Made by a program: the position numbers and the translations under genes. DNA of 41,019 nt from Candidatus Thalassarchaeaceae archaeon (GTDB lineage Archaea > Thermoplasmatota > Poseidoniia > Poseidoniales > Thalassarchaeaceae): NCBI GenBank assembly GCA_030747675.1, contig JASLKH010000099.1, positions 1-41,019 on the forward strand, read 5' to 3'. The notes under the pieces were generated by a model. The model did no database searches. It saw nothing but the letters and a program-made list of their open reading frames with translations, and was not told the DNA's origin. Of the stretch, positions 34,630 to 41,019 are shown piece after piece. Positions within the stretch are counted from its first letter, which is position 1. Each line of letters opens with the position of its first letter.

Positions 34630-36108
34630 ATGGAAAATCAACACGACCCCAGTACTTGCCGCCAAATTTTACGCGATTCGAAGTCAGGTACAGCTCTAGT
34701 TCAATTGTTTGATAGAGCCATGAAAATTGGATCAGGTCCTTACAGGGCAGAAGCACTCTGTGGTATTGCTGGTCGAGAGGATATTGATCAAGAAACCAGA
34801 TTCGAATTAGTTGAAGATATTGCATTGGGATTACTAGAAGAAGATAGAGGTTGGAGATTAGCAGAGTGCATAGGTATTATCGCGAAATCTTCAGCGAAAT
34901 GGCCAAATGGTCAGCCGAAATTATCTCTACTCGATAGTTTGATTTCTCTGACCGGTGGTTTACCTGAAGGAGATGCACGCGTTGATGCTCTGAAATCAAT
35001 TTCAACTAGAGTGCCGTCCTCTAGATTACCAGAACTACTCATGCTGGCAATTGAAAATCGTGGTAAGGAGGCAATTGCAGCAAAACCAGTCATACGAGCA
35101 ATTATTGGAACAGGTGATAGTGCGATGATTTCAAAGGTTGCCGAAACTATGATAGAAGCTGAATCTGATCTTGCTGTTCGACTTCTTTTAATTCTCCACA
35201 ATGGACTTGAAAAGGAAAAAATTACAATTGAGCCAAGGCCTCTTTTAATGTCAATTCCTTTCTTAATAGAGGCCGATTTTGAAACTGTTCGAGCATTGTG
35301 TAACAATACGAATACCGCTGATGATGTCAAGTTGCTCGCTGATGTGCTTGCTGGAGAGAGTGAAGATGCTGTGCGCTATACAACTACTTTGGCAGGGAGA
35401 GCAGATCGGGTTGGAGATCCCATATTGGCGAGAGAATTACTTGAAAATGCAGTGAAGGGGCTTGAAAACCTAGATGGTTCGGTTGCTTCAAAAGTGACCA
35501 AAAATATCGCCAAAGGGTTCGAGTTTTTGGGCGATATTGAAAGGGCTGAGGAATTAAGGCCCAAACGCATGCAACATACAACCTCCACTTCCAAAGATAC
35601 TGTAGTATCGAGGGACATCGGCCACACGATTGCTTTGGTCGACACATACGAGGGGGCTATTGGAATGGCACACATGCGAGCTTTGGCCAGAGCCGCTGGT
35701 GTCGCATTTGGATTCGGACTCAAAATAGCATTAGTTGGGTGGCCCACTCTAGACTTGAAAGATCTATGTGAGAAAGCTGAGAAAGAAACTCGAACTGCAG
35801 GAGGCAACCACCTCCAATCACTGCTTGAAAATGGGCGACTATCTCTTCATTCGGTGGAGGATATTCTTGCTGGTTCATCTGGTCACCCGATAGCAACAAC
35901 TCATCAACCAGCAGGTGGATCTGTGGACCTGCAAGCATTCAGTGCATCAGGGAGATTGTGCATGCTAATGGGCCTTGGACGACAAGGCTTACCGAAACGT
36001 ATCATGAATGGTTGCAACGACCACTTCGAACTGACTGGGATTGGTGCGTCATTGGAAACTGCGGTTGCAATGGGTGCAATAGCACAAAGGCTCTCTCAAT
36101 TGGATTAA
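34630..36108 (+). CDS. Helical-repeat protein fused to a C-terminal DUF531 (SPOUT-like) domain
   Basis: The C-terminal ~165 aa (IALVDTY...HMRALARAAGVAFGFGLKIAL...LMGLGRQGLP...HFELTGIGASLETAVAMGAI) match my recollection of DUF531. The N-terminal ~320 aa are Ala/Leu/Glu-rich and helical. Confidence 0.65.
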   Translation: MENQHDPSTCRQILRDSKSGTALVQLFDRAMKIGSGPYRAEALCGIAGREDIDQETRFELVEDIALGLLEEDRGWRLAECIGIIAKSSAKWPNGQPKLSLLDSLISLTGGLPEGDARVDALKSISTRVPSSRLPELLMLAIENRGKEAIAAKPVIRAIIGTGDSAMISKVAETMIEAESDLAVRLLLILHNGLEKEKITIEPRPLLMSIPFLIEADFETVRALCNNTNTADDVKLLADVLAGESEDAVRYTTTLAGRADRVGDPILARELLENAVKGLENLDGSVASKVTKNIAKGFEFLGDIERAEELRPKRMQHTTSTSKDTVVSRDIGHTIALVDTYEGAIGMAHMRALARAAGVAFGFGLKIALVGWPTLDLKDLCEKAEKETRTAGGNHLQSLLENGRLSLHSVEDILAGSSGHPIATTHQPAGGSVDLQAFSASGRLCMLMGLGRQGLPKRIMNGCNDHFELTGIGASLETAVAMGAIAQRLSQLD

Positions 36109-37079
36109 CGACGATTGGTCCACGGCATGAATAGTGATTTTACGACGTGCATTGCCACATCTGGATTTTCATCCAACCGGCGCATACTGTATTCATACCA
36201 TCGTTCTCCATAAGGGACATACACCCGGGTGCGATGACCTTCTTTAGCCAACTTTCTTCGTATATTTCCTCGGACTCCAAGCAACATCTGAAATTCGTAT
36301 CCAGGGCCTTTACCGATTCTATCAGGTGGTGAGTTCTTGCGTGGATCTGGTAAATATGGACCCATTGCATTACGATTTAGGGCAGTTAAAGCATGGTTAA
36401 TCACAGGTAAATCATGGGATGCAATTGCCGCATAACCACCATTTTCAATAATCAAATCAATATGAGAATTCAAGGCATTTACAATCCCCATATACTCGGT
36501 TTCCGCTATATCCTCGGACTCAAGGTAAACTCCCTTGCATATACGGAAATCTGCGAAACCTGATATCTTCTCACAGACATCTTTGATGTCATCAGATGTT
36601 CGAAACAATCGAGATTGAAGAACAGTTCCCACGTTCGTCAATCCCTTCTCATGCATTCTAATTACAATGTCAATAGTTGGAGTTGTTACTCGGAAATCTT
36701 CCATGTCAAGGCGGACAAAAATGTCGTTTTTCGCCGCATTCCTGAGGAGCCTCTCGATATTTTCGTAGGCTTTGGCGGTATCAATTAGTAAACCAAATGC
36801 TGTTGGTTTTATACTCAAATTAGCATCCAAATTATGTTCAACAATTGCTGCTAACACACGGTCATATTCATCAATGAAAAATTGGGCTTCTTCCAAATTA
36901 GATATTTCTTCACCCAGTACATCAACAGTGAAACATGCACCTTCTGAAGATAGTTTTTTCATCACCTTAACAGCACTTTGAAGATCTTTTCCTGCAACAT
37001 AACGACGGGCGACCCCCCCAACTAGAAATCGGGGCATTCGCTTGGTAATCCCAACGATAAAGCGTCCAAACAAACCCAT
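36105..37079 (-). CDS. Monofunctional proline dehydrogenase
   Basis: Motifs RRYVAG, DVLGE, LSIKPT, VRLDME, VGTVLQSRL, RICKGVY, IASHD, EFQMLLG and RVYVPYG...YSMRRLDENP. Confidence 0.95.
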   Translation of the reverse strand: MGLFGRFIVGITKRMPRFLVGGVARRYVAGKDLQSAVKVMKKLSSEGACFTVDVLGEEISNLEEAQFFIDEYDRVLAAIVEHNLDANLSIKPTAFGLLIDTAKAYENIERLLRNAAKNDIFVRLDMEDFRVTTPTIDIVIRMHEKGLTNVGTVLQSRLFRTSDDIKDVCEKISGFADFRICKGVYLESEDIAETEYMGIVNALNSHIDLIIENGGYAAIASHDLPVINHALTALNRNAMGPYLPDPRKNSPPDRIGKGPGYEFQMLLGVRGNIRRKLAKEGHRTRVYVPYGERWYEYSMRRLDENPDVAMHVVKSLFMPWTNRR

Positions 37080-37128
37080 CCAACTCCCCCAGTGTATGCC
37101 AATTCACTGGGCGCTCTTTGACAATTGC

Positions 37129-38076
37129 TCAAGCAGCCTCAGTATTGTTATGGCCAAAAATACTCCACTGATTGCAATTGTCTAGAACAAGTAAACCATG
37201 CTCAGAATGGTCCATGATATGAATTCCAATATTTGGACGTGGATGTGCCTGCAGAGATGTGCTTGTCCAGATTAAATCTTCTCTCCAACCTGTTATTACC
37301 CATTCTGAATCAATTTTTTTGGCATCTTTGATTGGGCCATTGGTACATTCTATTTCTAAATCATTGGTTTCTGAATTCCACTTCGCGATTCTTTGGTGAC
37401 TTAAACCAATAATCCATTCATCGGAATCGTTCCAAACGGATTCCAATTTCGCACCGAAATTGATTACCCCTTTTCGAATTATCTCACCGTCATCTGCATT
37501 GATTTCCGCCCAACCGCCGCCAAGTGAAAACGCCCAGATCGACCCATTCGATGAAATTAAATCGGCAATAACATCGCCATCAGGTATCCTTTCAACTCCA
37601 CTCCAAGTGATATGCTTTCGTCGCCAAATTTCTATTGAATTAATGTCGACTCTGTAGAAACCACGATTGTATGTGCAAAAAACCAAACTGCCATTGTGTT
37701 CACACATTGCCAACGGTTCTGCAGAAAGAACATGCGACCAGATAGCGCCCTCCACCTGATGTGAATCAAGTCTATTGTTGTCTGATGCTTCACGTAATGA
37801 AATTAGGTCTGGGCCATTGGCCAATGGTTCTCTAATGTCAAGTACCGCCATTCTTGCAATACCAATCTCACGTTCGATCCAAGTGGCAGCAAGGAAATTT
37901 TCACCGAGCAATGCTACCTTAGATATCTCGCCCGAAAAAGGGTGCTTGGGGGCATCGATTTCAATCAATCGATTAGGATGTAAAAATGCAATCCCTCCAT
38001 CAGTTCCGATGATTACAACACGATCAACAGTTGTTAAAACATGTCGAGGAGGAATTGACGTTATTGGCAGTTCCAT
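37129..38076 (-). CDS. Hypothetical protein, probably a beta-propeller
   Basis: Long ORF of Trp-rich short beta-strand repeats. Start set at ATG 38076 to avoid overlap with the divergent gene. Confidence 0.6.
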   Translation of the reverse strand: MELPITSIPPRHVLTTVDRVVIIGTDGGIAFLHPNRLIEIDAPKHPFSGEISKVALLGENFLAATWIEREIGIARMAVLDIREPLANGPDLISLREASDNNRLDSHQVEGAIWSHVLSAEPLAMCEHNGSLVFCTYNRGFYRVDINSIEIWRRKHITWSGVERIPDGDVIADLISSNGSIWAFSLGGGWAEINADDGEIIRKGVINFGAKLESVWNDSDEWIIGLSHQRIAKWNSETNDLEIECTNGPIKDAKKIDSEWVITGWREDLIWTSTSLQAHPRPNIGIHIMDHSEHGLLVLDNCNQWSIFGHNNTEAA

Positions 38077-38162
38077 TGTAGCCCCAATACATCGGCAGGT
38101 ATTGACCCACATGAAGGGATGGGCCGCCAAGACTGAAATCAATGCGGGACTTCGGAGCACCA

Positions 38163-39161
38163 ATGGCCACGTTACTAATCGTCTCAGAACCGGATATTGC
38201 ATCTCGGATTCAAGGTGAGGCGCTACTCAATCGAGGTGGTTGGAACACAATAGCAGACATCGAAGGAGGCGGGGTTTGGGTACATGAGAATGCAGATGTA
38301 TATTTGTGGTGGTTCCCTAACAAAGTGTTGCATGAAGATAACCTTGATTTGCGCTTTTCTGAGTCAACAAGTGTACCACTCCATGAAGTTATATTTTTGA
38401 CTCGACATTATGCTGCTTCGGGCCGGCCATCCCTCACACTTCACGTCATTGGTGTACCTGGGGAATTACCGCATGGAGAACATGCAGAGTTCGGGGGTTT
38501 GAAGGGTTCCGTAGTATTGCCCAACCCACGATTTGCTGCATGGTATCGCCTAATGTGTAATTCTGCAATTAAATATGCCCTCGTTCCTGAGTTTGAGCTT
38601 ACTATTGAAACAACACATCATGGCCCTGTTCTTTCAACTCCAACAATGTTTGTTGAAATAGGTTCATCTGAGAGTCACTGGGGTAGAAAAGATGCTGCTG
38701 AAGCATGGGCTGATGTCATCACTATTGGCCTACAACTGGATGGGATTGAGCGCGAGGACTCTGTCACTGGGAATTGGTGGGGGATTTCTGATGATGAAAA
38801 GAGCCAACAAAAGGTGATGATTGGTGTTGGTGGGGGCCACTATGCGCCACGCCATACTGATGTTTTACGGAAAACAGACTGCTGGGCTGGACACCAACTG
38901 GCAAATTATGCCCTAAATATGGAAAAACCTGATTCTCCAGATTGGGACCCCAAAATAGGTGAGTTACCACTTGGTGCTTGGAATCATGCTATCCGAATTG
39001 CCGTATCTAGTACATCCCAAGTATACGATGGTGCAAATATCATGGTGCACCTAGATCGAAAATCGTTCAAAGGTTGGCAGCGGCAAGCAATTAGGCGCTT
39101 ACTCGAAGAACTCAACATAGACATTAGTCGAACCAAGGGGTTCGAAATTCAAGGCCGATAG
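38163..39161 (+). CDS. dtdA: D-aminoacyl-tRNA deacylase (archaeal DTD2/GEK1 type)
   Basis: Motifs FLTRH...GRPSLTLH, ETTHHGP, MFVEIGSSESHW and IGVGGGHYAPR. Start set at ATG 38163. Confidence 0.9.
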   Translation: MATLLIVSEPDIASRIQGEALLNRGGWNTIADIEGGGVWVHENADVYLWWFPNKVLHEDNLDLRFSESTSVPLHEVIFLTRHYAASGRPSLTLHVIGVPGELPHGEHAEFGGLKGSVVLPNPRFAAWYRLMCNSAIKYALVPEFELTIETTHHGPVLSTPTMFVEIGSSESHWGRKDAAEAWADVITIGLQLDGIEREDSVTGNWWGISDDEKSQQKVMIGVGGGHYAPRHTDVLRKTDCWAGHQLANYALNMEKPDSPDWDPKIGELPLGAWNHAIRIAVSSTSQVYDGANIMVHLDRKSFKGWQRQAIRRLLEELNIDISRTKGFEIQGR

Positions 39162-39332
39162 TTAAGCCGATTCACTGTGACCGCAACGACCACAGGTCTT
39201 GCGGTCAGAGTGGACACCAAGGAATACACCTGGGCCACATTTCGGGCAGAATTCCTGCTTTCGAACAAGTTTCCCATCTTCAATAGAATACTTCGACCAC
39301 TTTGCGGAAGAATTCGGACTGTCACCCATCAT
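39162..39332 (-). CDS. rps27ae: 30S ribosomal protein S27ae (eS31)
   Basis: Not in the ORF track (56 aa). Hand translation: [56 protein letters not shown]. It has the CPKCG...CGRC zinc finger, a GGAGGTG RBS and overlaps the rps24e stop. Confidence 0.95.
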   Translation of the reverse strand: MMGDSPNSSAKWSKYSIEDGKLVRKQEFCPKCGPGVFLGVHSDRKTCGRCGHSESA

Positions 39333-39700
39333 TCTTCACCTCCAGCAATTTCTGCTTCTTCTGCAGCATCGGCAGTTGGTGTATCTTCTTCAGGAGAAGG
39401 ATCTGCTGTTGCAGCATTTGCTTCGACAGATACGGAATGGCGTTCAAGAATATATTTTGGCTCCTTTTCTAAGTCTTCGCGATTGTCATAAACAAAAGCA
39501 TTACCACTAGTTAAAGGCTGTCCGTATCGAGTGCTAACTGATTTTACGACAATCCTATCTTTGGTCGCACCAGGTTCGATTTTCGCTACAGCCTCTATGA
39601 TTTGTGCTCGAGTAGGTGTTGCATTTCCCACGTGTCTCCAAGTCCAAGACAATTCAACACGATTGAGAATTGGGTTTTCTTTGCGGTCAGTAATCTCCAT
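39329..39700 (-). CDS. rps24e: 30S ribosomal protein S24e with an acidic C-terminal tail
   Basis: [23 protein letters not shown] and [14 protein letters not shown] motifs; GGAGG RBS. Confidence 0.95.
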   Translation of the reverse strand: MEITDRKENPILNRVELSWTWRHVGNATPTRAQIIEAVAKIEPGATKDRIVVKSVSTRYGQPLTSGNAFVYDNREDLEKEPKYILERHSVSVEANAATADPSPEEDTPTADAAEEAEIAGGEE

Positions 39701-39712
39701 TTTTAGTCCTCC

Positions 39713-39922
39713 TTAGCGAATATTCACCTTCAATGCGTAATTTCCAGGAACTGTAATCCCCAAACGTTGTGCAACTTCGCTACGCTTTGGGTTTAGAATA
39801 ATTGTGAACCCCTGCCAGTCGATAGAAACTGGAGCGGTTGGGCATCGAGTACATTGAACTGGATCTTCGGCTCCATCGAGAATCATACGGCATTCTCCAC
39901 ATGCAAATGGTTTCTTTACCAT
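39713..39922 (-). CDS. spt4: Transcription elongation factor Spt4 (RpoE2)
   Basis: ACGECRMI...CTRC...WQGFTIILNPKRSEVAQRLGI...PGNYALKV. Start set at ATG 39922. Confidence 0.95.
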   Translation of the reverse strand: MVKKPFACGECRMILDGAEDPVQCTRCPTAPVSIDWQGFTIILNPKRSEVAQRLGITVPGNYALKVNIR

Positions 39923-39923
39923 C

Positions 39924-40475
39924 TTAATCGCGCTCCTCATCCAACCAATCGTGTGCTCCAAGTGACGGTTGCTTGCAAGTAAGCCCTATTTTGCTGGAAC
40001 GGGGATCGTGTGGGTTCAACGAAAGTGAGACGATTCGGGCACGTACTGGAGTTCCTTCGCCCAAACGCTTGCCTGATTGTTTACCCTCTATTTGGCGTTG
40101 GCCAATGTTAATGTCAATTTGCTCATCCAAAATTTGACTCTTGTGAAGAAGAGCCTCCATTGGACCAATTCGAACGAATGCTCCGAATTCATGAATTTCG
40201 CTAACTGCACCGTCAACAATTTCGTTACTTTCCATGTTGAATAGTAGCGCTTTGAAACTCACTTTCTGGTAAATTGCACCATCTCCATGAATAATTCGGC
40301 CGCGGCCTTGGAGCTCATGATCGAAGGTCAAAAGAATGTAATTTCCATCATCATCAAATCGACCCTCGAAGGCGTCATGCGCTAAACGGTCGACGTGTTC
40401 TGAAAGAGATTTTCCTTTTTTGATATATTCCGCTGGAATACGGATTGTGTCGTTTATTTGCTTGAGACTATACAT
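39924..40475 (-). CDS. rpoE1: DNA-directed RNA polymerase subunit E' (Rpo7)
   Basis: Motifs DTIRIP, GRIIHGDGAIY, FGAFVRIGPMEALLHKSQI and KIGLTCKQPSLG. Start set at ATG 40475; the track's longer N-terminus overlaps a structured RNA. Confidence 0.96.
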   Translation of the reverse strand: MYSLKQINDTIRIPAEYIKKGKSLSEHVDRLAHDAFEGRFDDDGNYILLTFDHELQGRGRIIHGDGAIYQKVSFKALLFNMESNEIVDGAVSEIHEFGAFVRIGPMEALLHKSQILDEQIDINIGQRQIEGKQSGKRLGEGTPVRARIVSLSLNPHDPRSSKIGLTCKQPSLGAHDWLDEERD

Positions 40476-40491
40476 CGCCTGCTTCCCCCTT

Positions 40492-40640
40492 AGATTCTCT
40501 CCAAAGAATGCGGCATCCAAGACGGAAGGCCCGCAAGCCCCCCGTCCCTCATCGGCTGCCGCCTCCAGAGGAGAGGTCGTCCAAGACGACTTGGCGACCG
40601 AAGACCCCTCTATGAACGCTTCGCCCAAGAGGAGATTCGG
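40492..40640 (-). ncRNA. Candidate structured 5' leader RNA with a kink-turn and alternative hairpins
   Basis: GC-rich. On the - strand, GCGGCA-GCC-GA.../...GA-TGCCGC fits the K-turn consensus. Stems close with G-U pairs on - but with A-C mismatches on +. AGAGGGG has two identical CTCCTCT partners. Confidence 0.55.
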
Positions 40641-40653
40641 AAAGTATCGTTCT

Positions 40654-40670
40654 GGGTCACTATGTGACCC
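40654..40670. promoter_or_regulatory. Perfect 7-3-7 inverted repeat GGGTCAC-TAT-GTGACCC next to a TATA-like element (40671-40676)
   Basis: Read directly in the rpoE1/PQQ-protein divergent region. Confidence 0.5.
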
Positions 40671-40716
40671 ATAAAGGTCCCTATCACACGAATGTTCAAG
40701 AGGTGTTCAGGAAGCA

Positions 40717-41019
40717 ATGATACTGATGGCGAGCGGAGCCCTTCTAGCGAAGCGATTACCATTGGCCATCCTGAGTATAATCATTCTTTTATTTGGACAA
40801 TCAATTTCACCCTTAATATTGAACGATTTAGGGGGCGATTCGGAGACTCAGTCTCGTGAAGAAACAGTCTGGATTGATGGTGGTCAAGCATGGCCACAAT
40901 TCGGCCAAAACCCAAACCGTCATTCGATAACCCCCCCAAATGCACCTTCTGATCAAGTGTCAACTGGCGAATATGTCAGCATCACCGACCCTGTTCTAAA
41001 TTGGAATCACTACCCAGAC
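40717..41019 (+). CDS. Secreted PQQ-like beta-propeller protein, N-terminal fragment; runs off the window edge
   Basis: Not in the ORF track. Hand translation: MILMASGALLAKRLPLAILSIIILLFG...AWPQFGQNPNRH...DPVLNWNHYPD, open to the window end. WPQFGxNPxR is a typical start of PQQ-repeat proteins. Confidence 0.6.
   Translation, partial: MILMASGALLAKRLPLAILSIIILLFGQSISPLILNDLGGDSETQSREETVWIDGGQAWPQFGQNPNRHSITPPNAPSDQVSTGEYVSITDPVLNWNHYPD

Noticed and set aside
40476-40628. 51-aa N-terminal extension of Rpo7 in the ORF track
   Set aside because: Rpo7 homology starts at MYSLKQINDTIRIP (ATG 40475, purine-rich RBS), and the extension coincides with the structured RNA.
40492-40640. RNase P RNA, SRP RNA, 5S rRNA or a SAM-I riboswitch
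   Set aside because: It lacks the GAGGAAAGUCC core of RNase P, the SRP helix-8 motif, the 5S conserved loops and the SAM-I AUC/GAU and GCAACC elements. An H/ACA guide is not excluded, but no ACA box sits at the expected distance.

Overview
This 41 kb window is gene-dense archaeal chromosome. The rpoE1-spt4-rps24e-rps27ae cluster, archaeal-type AlaRS, RtcB and DTD2, and the many secreted peptidases and giant surface proteins point to Marine Group II Euryarchaeota (Ca. Poseidoniales); that assignment is inferred from gene content. It holds about 38 CDS: a pntAB transhydrogenase operon, mdh, a TatC-like protein, an LVIVD/M28/M28/SCO surface operon, alaS, rtcB, a ~2,345-aa membrane-anchored giant protein, a SufS-like enzyme, an S8 protease, proline dehydrogenase, DTD2 and two RNA polymerase/transcription genes plus two ribosomal protein genes. 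It also holds divergent tRNA-Thr(GGT) and tRNA-Ser(GGA) genes. Three genes absent from the supplied ORF track were read by hand: rps27ae and the two edge-truncated CDS. No mobile element, CRISPR array or rRNA was seen. The most unusual signals are: (1) a ~150-nt GC-rich leader before rpoE1 with a consensus kink-turn and two mutually exclusive hairpins; (2) TatC fused to a Cys-rich HdrA-N-like domain; (3) a giant surface protein whose cytoplasmic tail has two EF-hand modules and a SAP-like DNA-binding domain; (4) a dense GTTTC/GAAAC operator-like array before a 64-aa coiled-coil ORF; (5) six perfect 7-8 bp inverted repeats with C-NNN-G triloops, all in intergenic or 5' regions. All family calls come from motif recognition by eye, not from database searches.
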